Assembly: GCA_964016885.1 (NCBI GenBank)
Contig: OZ024762.1
Span: 1,984,001-2,048,000 of the forward strand
Source: Eledone cirrhosa
Taxonomy: Eukaryota
DNA length: 64,000 bases
Direction: 5' to 3'
Part shown: positions 25,678 to 38,674 of the stretch, in pieces
Position numbering within the stretch: position 1 is the first letter of the stretch
Layout: each line of letters begins with the position of its first letter
Notes under the pieces: model-generated
The model's input: only the letters and a program-made list of their open reading frames with translations
The model's database searches: none
Told to the model about the DNA's origin: nothing
Translations under genes and position numbers: made by a program

Positions 25678-26364
25678 TTCTTCCAGAAATAAAATAATTC
25701 CTTTAAATTTCTCAAATAATTTTTTTTCCACCAAAATATATGGATATTCTATCTTATTTTAGTTCTTATAGTTTATCCCAAACAAATGTCCATTTTGGTC
25801 TATTTTCATCAAATGTGGTCTTTGTTGATGTCTGAAAATACTGCAAACTTTTGTGTAAATTTATCCAACATTAGTTAGAGCAGAAAATTCTGTTGTAAAC
25901 ATTCCAGACAGTAAAGAAGATAAATTGTTTTGAATTAATCTCAGTTCAGAGGAAATATTCCACAGTAATTCTACCAAAGATTTATATCAACAGGACTGTA
26001 TATGTTCTGTATAACATCTTCCTTCCTTTTGTCTTTAAATGATGAGAAATATCGGTGATACATCAGATGTAAATAATTTATTCTATGGCAATGTCATCTT
26101 ATATTCTGAAATAATAAAGAAGCAGTATGAGATAATAGAGAATACTTAAACCATAGAGGTTTAACAGTGAAAACCTTACATTTCTATATTGATTAACTGT
26201 AGATCATCATCATCACCACTGTTTAACATCCATTTTTCCATGCTGGCATGGGTTAGATGAGTTGTCCCATTGTGAGACATGCCAGGTCAGGTGACCATGT
26301 CTTGCTCATACAGAACTGATTTGGGTTTGGTTTCTACAGCTGGATTTCCTTGCTAACGCCAACC

Positions 26365-26632
26365 ACTTTTACAGTGTGGACTGGGTACTTTTTGCCATGA
26401 CACCTACACGACCACTTTACAGTGTGGACTGGGTACTTTTTGTCATGACACCTACACGACCACTTTACAGTGGACTGGGTGCTTTTTGTCATGACACCTA
26501 CACGACCACTTTACAGTGGACTGGGTGCTTTTTGTCATGACACCTACACGACCACTTTACAGTGGACTGGATGCTTTTTGTCATGACACCTACACGACCA
26601 CTTTACAGTGTGGACTGGGTGTTTTTTGTCAT
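26365..26632. repeat. ~50-bp tandem repeat (about 5 copies) inside a SINE body
   Basis: ACCACTTTACAGTGTGGACTGGGTRCTTTTTGTCATGACACCTACACG units. Confidence 0.8.
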
Positions 26633-27289
26633 AAACAGATCTTTACATTTCAAGTTGTTATTAAAATTAATTTATTAGTAAATAGTTTAAAACAAAATTA
26701 TATCCGATAGAAAATTAGTTATATATATGTGTGTGCGTGTGTGTATATATCAGGATGGATTCAGTTTAAAACTGGTTAGACCATTATTCACCAGAGTACT
26801 TGATACTTGTAGTAGTATAGTCTGATTATATGACTCAGTCAGGACCCCGACGGCTGAGCTCTTGCCGTTCCAACAGCTAGTTCTAGACTGTGTACACACA
26901 TATATATATATATATACATATGTATATATACATATATATACACACATATATATGGAATTAATAATTTAATGCTTATGATACTTACATATGAATATAGAGG
27001 GGGTGTGTGTGAAATATGGAAGATGACCTCTTGAGGTCAAAGTTGAAGGCCGCAAGGTCACTGAAAACGTCATCACAACTTTCCTACGACAATTATTCAT
27101 GTACAAATGACATTTATTTCCCTCTATAACACCTTAATATAACAGATAATTGATAAAATTATTACAATACCTTTGGAACATGTACGTAATAAGAAGCTTA
27201 ATGAAACAACGGAATGGGACTTTAGAATACAAAGAAAACGGAACGAAACCAGCAAATATGACTAACTAATATTTAATATATTGATTACT

Positions 27290-28020
27290 TCCAGAAAGAA
27301 AAGAACTGAAATTTGGGGGAAGGTGACATTCTACATCAGTATTTAACTGGTAATTTATTTTATTTACCCATGAAAGGATAAAAAATAAAATCGATTTCGG
27401 TAAGATTTGCTCACGGCTTTCAAATATATTTTTTCCCTAACGGATAATTAAGGAAACAATTCATACAAAAGGGGAAACAACTTCCTTTTATTATTACTAT
27501 TATTTTATTTTTACCTTAATTAATATATTTATTGTAATTATTATTTAATGTAATAAAAACATGTTGAATAAAGTATCATTGATTCTTTACTCGCTTAACT
27601 CTGATGGGAGTATTAAAACTAGAAAATATAACATCGGATATTTCCGTCGATCGGTGGGTCGGTTCCATATCACGTTTGACAACATGTATGTATATGTTTG
27701 TATATATATATATATAGTTATGTAATAAACAACATAAGGCAATTATTTCATTTATATATATATATATATATATATTAATATATGCACTGGCGTATTACTG
27801 AGGAGCCGTGTGGGTGCTGTTGCATACAGAAAAAAATTGTTGTCGTCTGCACCTGCTAAAATACGCTTATGTATTTATGTGTTTGTATATGTATGTATAA
27901 ATATAAATATATATATATGTGTAAATATAAATATATATATATGTATAAATATAAATATATGTACGCGTGTGTATGTATATGCATGTAAATACGTGTATAT
28001 ATGTGTGTGTGTATTTTAAC
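27290..28020. promoter_or_regulatory. Putative bidirectional promoter region, ZNF-B (-) / METTL25 (+)
   Basis: Lies between divergent 5' exons (+ donor GTAAGT at 28274); contains AAAGGGGAAACAACT (~27468) and TGTCGTCTGC (27841). Confidence 0.38.
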
Positions 28021-29522
28021 TGATAGTTCGACTGTGTAGGGTCGCCATAGTGACGCAACCTTTTCAAGTGATTCGAATAACAGTCAAAGGGAAATAATCC
28101 GTGCGGGTCTTCTGTAAATTCCAAGATTTACTTCCCCCTGTCTTCTTACCGACCACCATTTTTTTTTTTTTTTTGAGCATGTGCAGTAGAGTAGTTCTCC
28201 ACTTCCGTTCTAATACGATCTTGTTTTGTTTTTCAACAAAACACATAAAAATAAACATTTATTTAACATTTCTGTAAGTATTAAAAGACTGAAAGTATTA
28301 TCATGACAGAAATTCTTCATCATAAATATTTGTTTCTTTCATAAATGGTTAGAGTGTTGTACTTAGGATCATAGTGTTGTTGGTTCGATTCCTGGAGGGG
28401 TTGTCTGTTGTGTTCCCGAGCAAAATAGTTCGTCTTACCTTGCTTCATTACATTCAGCTGAAAATGAGTATTGGCAGTGGTTATGGGTTTACCCTTTAGT
28501 ATTTAAATTACTCTATATTTACTATTGTATTTTCATAGTAAAGACATAATATCAAATCTATTTTTCTCGAAATAAATAACATCAAAATCTACGAGATTTT
28601 GATGTTATTTATTTCGAGAACAATACCTTAACATCAGTATAAATGGCCGATTATGGGTGGTTTGAACAAAAAGGGGTGTGACAATTCTGGCCGGTTTAAA
28701 TGCTAAAGAGTTAACCCTGCGATTGACTGTGCAGACCTGTCAACTCTCCACGTCCGACGGGGAGATCTCCCACCCACTTTGGGGTGGATGAGAGATGTCT
28801 TCTCTTGTGAAAATGGCTATAGCTAGCATTATGTAAAATCTCCCTATTGTGCCTGATTTCTCCCCGTTTTGGGGCACTTTTGTTTTCGTGGTACTCCCCG
28901 TTTGTGTTTTTAGAGGTTGGCAGGTCTGCTGGTGTCCTGTCCAGGAGAAGTCTTCTACTCTCGGTCCCTTAACGCCGATGATAACCCCCCCCCCCCGGAT
29001 TAGCACTGGTCTGATGAGATTCCCAGTTGTGACAGACTTTGATGTACATCTGTACATCTGTACACTTGTTGTTGCTTGTCAGAGATAGATATTAATTCTA
29101 TTGTTGGCCTCACGTCTCGTCTGAATCAGACCTTTTAATATACTCCCTTGCTTTATATAAACATTAATTTTTTTAAATTCTCTTTTCTCTTCTTGCTCTT
29201 GCTCAACAAGGCCGGGGGGGGGGGGTCATCCTAAAAACTAGCGATCCCAAACGTAGAGCCGACCAGGTCCCACCACAAGCGCCCTCCATCGCTGGCGGCC
29301 CCGTGCCAACTCTTCTACATCCTCCAAGTTGATGTTGAGCCTCTGGAGATCTTCCCTGATGATATCCAGCCATTTGGTGTAAGGCCTGCCTTGTGGCCTC
29401 TTCCAATATGAACTGAACACCCTAACCACTAGGCCACACACTTTCACATCTGTTTTAACAATAGGTTTTTATTTGTTTTTGGTTTTTCTATTCATTCTTT
29501 TCTTCTTTCTTTTCACAGAAAC

Positions 29523-30630
29523 ATGGATGGGGTAAGAAATAGAATTGGTGATTTAGAAACCAAAATACAGACACAGCCGTGTACTAATGATACACAGTCA
29601 CAGATGTGTACTAACAATACACACACACTGCCGTGTACAGCCAATACACACACACTGCCGTGTACAGCCAATACACACACACAGCCGTGTACAGCCAATA
29701 CACACACACAGCCGTGTACAGCCAATACACACACACAGCCGTGTACAGCCAATACACACACACAGCCGTGTACAGCCAATACACACACACTACCGTGTAC
29801 AGCCAATACACACACACTGCCGTGTACAGCCAATACACACACACTGCCGTGTACAGCCAATACACACACACTGCCATGTACAGCCAATACACACACACTG
29901 CCGTGTACAGCCAATACACACACAGAGATGTGTAAATACAAACTCCGTGTAGGAAAATGTCTGCTCCAAGTTGCTGACTTCTTAAACCCTTACCTGTCTC
30001 TGGCTAACAGTCACACAACTGATTTTATTACAAAAGACCAATGGAACACTTTTATACCTGTTGTTATACAGACACAACTGTCACATCTATCTGATGAACA
30101 GCTTCAATTGTTACCTGTACCTTCAGCTAACGACTGTGTCACACCTCCATCTCAATCAAGAAATACCTGTGTACCTTCAGCTAACGACTGTGTCACACCT
30201 CCATCTCAATCAAGAAATACCTGTGTACCTTCAGCTAACGACTGTGTCACACCTCCATCTCAATCAAGAAATACCTGTGTACCTTCAGCTAACGACTGTG
30301 TCACACCTCCATCTCAATCAAGAAATACCTGTGTACCTTCAGCTAACGACTGTGTCACACCTCCATCTCAATCAAGAAATACCTGTGTACCTTCAGCTAA
30401 CGACTGTGTCACACCTCCATCTCAATCAAGAAATACCTGTGTACCTTCAGCTAACGACTGTGTCACACCTCCATCTCAATCAAGAAATACCTGTGTACCT
30501 TCAGCTAACGACTGTGTCACACCTCCATCTCAATCAAGAAATACCTGTGTACCTTCAGCTAACGACTGTGTCACACCTCCATCTCAATCAACTTCAGACA
30601 CAAGTCTTCAGCAAGATCACATGTCCACTG
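29523..30630 (+). CDS. METTL25: METTL25 orthologue, first coding exon with two in-frame tandem repeats
   Basis: Long pyrimidine tract plus CAG acceptor at 29518; [22 protein letters not shown] resembles METTL25 FL..ALSISNAHTVDFYT...W; G|GTTTGT donor, phase 1. Confidence 0.78.
29574..29925 (+). repeat. 27-bp coding minisatellite, (L/Q)PCTANTHT x11 plus 2 degenerate units
   Basis: In frame in the METTL25 first coding exon. Confidence 0.9.
30117..30590 (+). repeat. 54-bp coding minisatellite, [18 protein letters not shown] x9 (last partial)
   Basis: Identical units starting at 30117, 30171, ... 30549. Confidence 0.92.
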
Positions 30631-30881
30631 GTTTGTTGTCTCAGTTATTCCTTATCCTCCACCACCACCTCCACTTCATCATCATCATCATCGTCTATCA
30701 CTATGGATTTATATATTATACATACATACATACATATATACATACATACATATATGTATACCTACATACATATATATATATACATACATATATATATATA
30801 CATACATACATACATACATATATAGATACATACATACATACATATATAGATACATACATACATACATATATACATACATAC

Positions 30882-30954
<73 letters not shown>

Positions 30955-31529
30955 CATACATACATACATACATACATTTATATAAATATAAGAATGAGTC
31001 AGTGTTGCTGAGCTCTTGTTTCAACAGCTAGTTCCAGTCTGGAACCATCTCTTGAAACAACAAGAACTCAGCCATCGGGGTCCCAATTCTTTATAATATA
31101 ACCATACTCTACCATCTCAAGTATTGAGTACTCTGTTGAGTAATGGTCTAACTAGTTTCAAACTGAATCTCCCCTACTTTGTATAAATATATATATAATG
31201 TTATTAAACACTCTTTGATTGTTATTTCTAAAGTATTCCGGCTCTGTAATATATTTGTTATTTTACATTGAGCTATTCTCATACTTGTAATTGGATAGTA
31301 TTTGATATTTGATATTACCCACATTTTATATATATATATATATATACACAGAAATATCCACGGTTATGATATACATGTAGGTAAATATATTCCTTATCTG
31401 ATATTTTGTAACTAATCCTACATAGATTGATAACGAAATATGTGTACAATGTATTATCATCACCTAGAAACGATCGTAAAGCAGTGAAGTATATTTCTAA
31501 TGACTTGAATTTTTATTTCATTGTTTTAA

Positions 31530-31573
<44 letters not shown>

Positions 31574-31897
31574 GTATTTCCGTAGGAAAGGTAAAGGAAA
31601 AGAGAGTGCTCTATGTAGGCTACAGAGCTTTTTAGTTATGTAATAAACAACATAAGAATTATTCCATTTGGGAAAAAATCATCATTTGGACGGACTGATG
31701 ATTTCTCACTCATGAAACAGTTCTAGTCTAATAAATATTTATACTCTGCTTTGTATTGAGTACTTTACTTACTGTGGTTACCCCCGATTGAACCCGGGAT
31801 AAACTTATATATGTATATTTATATATATATATATATATATATATTACGTTCAGTCATTTCATAAACACTTTCATTTATTATATTTTATTTTATTCAG

Positions 31898-32172
31898 ACA
31901 CTAAATTGAAGAATTTAAAAGTTTCTGATTTAAAACAGAAGAATTTTAAATGGAAGCCCAATAGTCTTGAAGAATTTATCAAGTCTGCACATGAGAATTC
32001 CCTTCCTCAACTTGCTGTATTAACCTCTATCGATGAACTCAAAGAGAAATTTCACCTGGACGATGATAAAACACCTTTCGTTAATGACTTCATGTCAAAG
32101 CAGAAGTCACATGAAGTTGGCATTATGGCACTGCTGTGCCATCAACTATGTAAACAGTTTGATATATGTAAA
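31898..32172 (+). CDS. METTL25: METTL25 exon (FMSKQKSHEV)
   Basis: TTCAG acceptor, GTAAGT donor, phase 1-0; M..KKSHEV motif. Confidence 0.9.
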
Positions 32173-32564
32173 GTAAGTTGACATTTTCTCTGTGGGTGGG
32201 GTTAATCCTTTAGCATTTAAACCAGTCGTATCCGGCCAGAATTCTCTCACCTCTTTCTATTCAAACTGGCTGTAACCGGCTGCTCATACTGATGTTAAGT
32301 TATTTGTTCTCAAAATAAATAAGCCACGCACTTTCACAAAGGAGTGTCAGGTGCAAAAGAAAGAAGAACATATAATATATGGCAGGCTTCTGAACTGTCT
32401 CCCTCTACCAAATTCTACACACAAGGTATTTATTAATCAGTCTGTGGCCCTGGTTGAACCCAGAAACCCATAGTTTAGATGCTAAAGGGTTAAGAAATAT
32501 CTAATATCTCGCTAGAATTTGATGAAATCATTTATATTTCTTTCTTATCTTACTCATCCTACAG

Positions 32565-33195
32565 GTCGTTGACTTGGGCAGTGGTAAAGGTTATCTAGGG
32601 ACACAGCTGGCTTTCAACTACAATTTAAAAGTCTTCGGTATCGATGCTGCTGACCAGAACACATCTGGAGCTAACAAGAGAGCAAATATTTTGAAAAAAC
32701 AATGGCCTGGACTTATTAAAAAGTTCTCTGCTCTTAAAAATACTTATCAGAATATTCCACCAACTACAAAAGGAGGAAAAGCTCCAACTGCTGACCAAAA
32801 TATTTATGGGAAAGATCCATCAACTGGGAATGAAGGAAGAGCTCCAATAATGCAAGGTTGTGTTATCAGAGGTGGCAGCAGTAATCTTGAGAAATACGTG
32901 ACAAATGTCCCTGGCAAGGATGCTAGAGGTTTTTACTGTCCATTTACTACACACGTGAACAGTGATACGGATATTGTACAGTTGATTGCAGGCCGTGATA
33001 AATACGAAGTAGACGCTGATACATGCCAATACAGCAACAACAACAGTAAAGATAAGCTGCTTATAGCTGGACTCCATACTTGTGGCAATCTATGTCCAAC
33101 AACTCTTCGCTTCTTTTCTCAGAATTCGGCAGCTCATCTTCTCTGCAATGTCTCCTGCTGTTACCATCTTTTAACGGAACAATTTGATCCCAAAG
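32565..33195 (+). CDS. METTL25: METTL25 exon (SAM-binding VVDLGSGKGYL; GLHTCGNL; VSCCYHLL)
   Basis: Class I methyltransferase motif I plus METTL25-type LHTCG and CCYHLL motifs; phase 0-1. Confidence 0.93.
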
Positions 33196-33772
33196 GTGAA
33201 ATCACGCTATTTCAATTTTTATATGTTTGTCTTCTTCTAATAATAATAATAATGTTGTTGATGATGATGATACAATGATAATAATTGTTTCTACTTTTGG
33301 CACAAGGCCAGAAATTATCCCAGTGTATTACTGGTACTTTATTTTATCGACCCCGTAAGGATGAAAGGCAAAGTTAACCTCGGCGGGATTTGAACTCAGA
33401 CCATAAAGGGCCGTAACTCTATGCTGCAAAGCATGGCGTCTGACCCTCTACCGATACTGCCAATCCACCGCAATGATTTCTATATTATTTTCATCAATCC
33501 AAGCAGACATGTCCATATATATGTATGTATGTATTAATACATATATATATATATGTATTAATACATATATATATATATGTATTAATACATATATATGTAT
33601 GTATTAATACATATATATGTATGTATTAATACATATATATGTACGTATGTATATTTATATATATATCACCATCATCTTCGTTTAACATCCATCTTCCACG
33701 CTAGCATGGGTATATATCATCATCATCATCTTCGTCATCATTGCTTTTATATTCATTTTTCACATGTGTGTA

Positions 33773-33856
<84 letters not shown>

Positions 33857-33910
33857 TATAAAGTGTACCTGTATACAATAAATTCAGTCTATTTATTTGT
33901 TGTTTCTCAG

Positions 33911-34038
33911 GTGATCCAGGAAGTAACGTCTATGGCTTTCCACTTAGTTCCATTCTAAGAAAGAGGAAATTCTATTTAGGCCAAAATGCAAAAAATCTGG
34001 CTTGCCAGTCTGTGAACAGGATTGTAACATCTGGTAAG
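33911..34038 (+). CDS. METTL25: METTL25 exon (YGFPLS...GQNAKNLACQS)
   Basis: TTTCTCAG acceptor, AAG|GTATGT donor, phase 1-0. Confidence 0.88.
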
Positions 34039-34740
34039 GTATGTATATATATAAGCATGCTCCGTTGGATGTGCAGTGTCAATGTGCGTGAACGACCCAG
34101 CATGAATGTGTTGAGAGAGAAACTGTGACTGAGAGGGATAGAATGTAGTGTACGGGAGAGGAGACTGCGGTGGTATGGACATGTGATGCGCATGGAAGAT
34201 GACTGATGGGTAAAGAAGTGCCTGGAAATGCCAGTTGAAGGAAGACGTGGTAGAGGTAGACCACGAAAAACATGGGCGGAGGTGGTGAGAACAGACCTCA
34301 GATCACTGAAGCTCACAGTGGAGATGATGAAGGACCATGACGAGTGGAGAGATGCTGTGCTGAATAGGTCCCGTCCCACCCTTGCAAGCAGGGAAAGGCG
34401 GACGTAAAATGATGATGATGATGATGATATATATATATATATAAGCAAAAGGGATAAGTTTTATAAATATAGTTTCCATTTATTTAATATCATTGTATAT
34501 ATATATATATGAAATACTGTGTGTATGTTTATACAAACATATGTGTAGCTATATCTATATATTCATTTTATTAAGACTAAATAGTGAGTCTTGTTACTCT
34601 GGAGTGTGTGTGTATATATATATATATATATAGAGAGAGAGATATGTTTTTATAGATTTTACCATAAGTCTGTTATTCTCCAGTTCATCAGTTCTAATTC
34701 TCTCATGTGGGGGGTTTCTTTCTAAAAATTATTTTTCCAG

Positions 34741-34923
34741 TTATCCGGAGAATCCTTGTTCCAGCGAGCCCTTCTCCAGAAGATCTTTGTTGATATTTTA
34801 TCTGAACAGGAACAAAACTCTTTGAAGAATTCCATCAAATTAAGGAAATTGTCCAGCAAATCTCCTTCATTTTACGATTACGTGAAGATGGCTTTCCAGA
34901 AACTTGGCCATTCCTCGGAAAAG
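34741..34923 (+). CDS. METTL25: METTL25 exon (ESLFQRALLQ)
   Basis: TTTTTCCAG acceptor, AAG|GTTATA donor, 183 nt; resembles ESLFYRAVLQ. Confidence 0.88.
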
Positions 34924-35175
34924 GTTATAATTTTAGTTTTATTTGTATATCATTTGTTATTTTTATCACTCAACCCATGCTAGCGTGGAAATATGGACGT
35001 AAAAATATGGATTTTAAAATCATCATCATCGTTTAACGTCTATCTTCCACGCTATCATGGGTTAGACAGAAATTGTCCCAGTTGATGATGCTAATGCTAA
35101 AACTAAATTGCTTATTGTGAAAACCGATTGAGCATCCATCATATTAAATGTCTCCCTCTTATTCTTAATTTTCAG

Positions 35176-35322
35176 ATATCTGAAGAAATGGTTCAGGATT
35201 ATTTGTTAAAATACGAAGATGAAAGAAAAAGACTTGCTGCTTTTTTCCAGGTAAAATCTGCTCTGGCACCTTGTATTGAAGCCCTCATCACATTGGACAG
35301 AGTATATTACCTGTTAGAACAT
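35176..35322 (+). CDS. METTL25: METTL25 exon (LAPCIEALITLDRVYYLLE)
   Basis: TTTTCAG acceptor, GTAAGT donor; resembles LAPCIETLILLDRLCYL. Confidence 0.9.
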
Positions 35323-35721
35323 GTAAGTTTATATTTCTAGTTTATGTACGGAAGCTAAGAGAGTGATTGTAAAAAGAGAAAAATATGTGAGTGTGTTATT
35401 TATAGAAGTGGTCGCCAACCTTTTGGATCTCACGGTCCACTAAATTCATAATTTTAATTCCCATGGACCACTAATATGAAGTTTTTTTAAAAAGATAAAT
35501 ACATTTGTAAAATAATGATCAGAGAACTTCCATTTTATTAAACAATACTGAAGTGTATGTATGTCATATTGTCGATAGATGATATAAATATGTGTAAAAT
35601 TCTTTCATGGATATTAGTTCTTTACTGAGGAGAAACATTTTTTAGGGGTGTTATGAAATATATTTTAACCAAATATAATTTTAGTTTTATTATTAATAAA
35701 ACATAAAAATTGCAAATAATG

Positions 35722-36138
35722 TATACTATACTATACTATACTATACTGTACTATACTGTACTGTACTATACTATACTGTACTACATATAATGTACTATAC
35801 TGTACTATACTATACTGTACTATAATGTACTATACTATACTGTACTATACTATACTATACTGTACTATACTATACTGTACTATACTATACTGTACTATAC
35901 TATACTATAATGTACTATACTATACTATACTATACTATACTGTACTATAATGTACTATACTGTACTATACTATACTGTACTATAATGTACTATACTATAC
36001 TATACTATAATGTACTATACTATAATGTACTATACTATACTATACTGTACTATACTATACTATACTGTACTATATTGTACTATACTATACTATACTGTAC
36101 TATACTATATTATACTATACTATACTACTATAATGTAC
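35722..36138. repeat. (TATAC/TGTAC)n pentanucleotide microsatellite
   Basis: Directly visible. Confidence 0.95.
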
Positions 36139-36234
36139 TCTAAGCAAGATACAACGATGATGATGATTATTACAATATACTCTTTGATAGTTTTTATTGT
36201 TAAATCCAGGTGAACCTTAATTCTTCTTCTGCAG

Positions 36235-36318
36235 GAATCTCTCCAAGATGTCCGCCTCTTACAACTGTTTCATCCTCTCACCTCCCCTCGTTGTTATGGG
36301 ATTGTTGCTAGGAAAAAG
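36235..36318 (+). CDS. METTL25: METTL25 exon (LFHPLTSPRCYGIVARKK)
   Basis: TTCTGCAG acceptor; resembles the C-terminal LFDPVKSPRCYA motif; AAG|GTAGGG donor. Confidence 0.88.
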
Positions 36319-37034
36319 GTAGGGTCCTCGCATAACTTCCTTCTTTTCACACACACATACACCTACACACAGATATATATATATTAGCACAGACACACAT
36401 ATACGTGCACACACACACACATATATATATATACATATATATATAATATATATATATATATATAATATATATATATATAATATATCGACAGCCGATTGAC
36501 TTTCGTCAAATCGGACCAAGGAAACAATGTTTCCGTTGCTCTTTCCAGTTGCTAGTACTATCTATCGGTCACAACTCCAGGTAGAAGGAACAACGTGAAA
36601 TAAAGTTTCTTGCTCAAGGACATAACGCATCGCCTGGTCCAGGAATCGAACTCACAACCTCACGATTGCGAATCCAGTTCTCTAACCAGTCAGCCACACA
36701 CCTTCACTTATAATATATATATGCTCATATACATTTGCATGCCTACACACACAATAGCATACACCCACACATATATACGCTCATATACATGTGCTGATAA
36801 TCCAGCCCTGATGGAGGAGTGTGGTGTGGGGTAGGGTGGCTGATAAGTTCAACTCTGTCATATCCCTACCCCCACACCCACCCCCGATTTCATCAATTTT
36901 ATGGAACATACTAATGTCTTCTCCACTGCAATCTGTAATTTGAGAATTAATTAATGAACAATTATTAATTATTCAGTAAAAATCAAAGAAAGATGGTTGT
37001 GTGATGTTTTATGGAGTGTCATTGCTATTTTCAG

Positions 37035-37055
37035 GTGGATTTGGAAGACTCTTGA
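37035..37055 (+). CDS. METTL25: Probable METTL25 terminal coding exon (VDLEDS*)
   Basis: TTTTCAG acceptor at 37034, phase 0, TGA 37053-37055, AATAAA at ~37474; intron retention at 36319 is an alternative ending. Confidence 0.5.
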   Translation: MDLEDS

Positions 37056-37069
37056 TCAGCTGCTGTCAT

Positions 37070-37370
37070 AGAAACAGATGTCACAACAGAGGTATAAAAA
37101 GATGTCACAACAGAAACACCAACAGATGTATCAACAGACACACTAGCAGATGTCATAACAGCTGCCACAACAGATGTAACAACAGAGACACCAGCAGATG
37201 TATCAACAGAGACGCCAACAAGTGCCACAACAGATGTTATAACAGATGTATCAACAGAGACACCAACAGGTGCCATAACAGATGTTACAACAGATGTATC
37301 AACAGATATAACAACAGAGACACCAATAGGTGCCACAACAGATCTTACAACAGATGTATCCACAACTGTA
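37070..37370 (+). repeat. Degenerate 12-bp repeat encoding a Thr-rich (TDVT/TETP) mucin-like frame
   Basis: ACAGATGTNACA periodicity. Confidence 0.8.
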
Positions 37371-38674
37371 ATAACCAGTGCTAAACCTCAAGACCTTCCC
37401 ATAACAACAGAAGCACCAGACACAAGACTATTTGTAAAACTTGATAAACACCTGACAAAATAATTGTTTATAAAATAAATTTATAAACCTAAATAGTCGA
37501 GACAATATTTTTTGAAAATTTAAGAATTGTCTGACAATTTAAATTTTTTTTATATATGATATATTATCATCATCATCGTTTTTACGTCTGCTTGTCTACG
37601 GTTGCATGGGTTGGACAAGTCCTTCTTAGCACAGTATCTCTCCACATATCGTGCTCCTTCGTCATCTTCTCTGGGAGACTCAGAGATTTAAAGTCAGCTC
37701 TCACCATCTCTGCCCAGGTCTTCCTTGGTCTACCTCTACCATGACTTCCTTCCACTGGCATTTCCTGGCACATCTTCACCCATAAGTCATCATCCAAGCA
37801 CATCACATGTCCGTACCAACACAGTCTTCTCTCCTGCACACCACCTCAGATTCCTCTTAAACCCAGCTTCTCGTCCGAGTTCTGCCTCTCCCTCACACTT
37901 ACATTGCACATCCAACAGAGCATGGCTGCTTCATTTCACTCTAGTCAACACATGTCCTCTGCAGTCACAGCCCATGTTTCACTACCTTGTAGCACCACAT
38001 GTCCTCTACAGTCACAGCCCATCTTTCACTACCATGTAGCACCACATGTCCTCTGCAGTCACAGCCCATGTTTCACTACCATATAGCATTGCACTTTGCA
38101 CACTCACATCATACAACTGTCCTATTGCATATAGGAAGAAACCTTTAGTGGTCAGCAGTGGGGGTAGCTCTCTAAACCTTTTCCATCCTATCTTTATTCT
38201 AGCTACTATGCTCTCAGGCCACCCTCCTCCATTGTTAATTATGTTGCCTAGATAACAGAAGCTATCAAGCACTTCTGTGTGTCCTTCCTGTGACTAGAAT
38301 AGGCATAAATTACTGGTAATCTTCCCCTCAGTTACCTCTAACTAACCTTTTAACTATACAACACTCTACTTTCTCAAGTACCAAGTATTTACCTGGATAC
38401 GAGTCTAACTGGTAACTCCCAAACTACAAATATATATATATATATATCATAATACAGTATATAGAGAAGAAAACACAAAAGGGTATGTTTTCTATTACAA
38501 AATAGAAAAGGGTATTCTAAATTAACTTATATATGTACAAGTATATATAACAGAAGATCTCGTTAGGGGTGAAAGTAGCAATTCTTTGCTTAAACTTTAA
38601 TCTGTTATTTTAATATATATATATATATACAATTTGCACGAATAGAACATGCTTCCCAAGGTATATAAGGTAAG

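Noticed and set aside
30631-31031. C-terminal YIHT-rich extension of ORF 29523-31031
   Set aside because: Intronic microsatellite read-through past the donor at 30631.
31690-31732. CTGATGA...GAAAC hammerhead-like core in a palindrome-family fragment
   Set aside because: Stems I and II do not pair convincingly; at most a relic.
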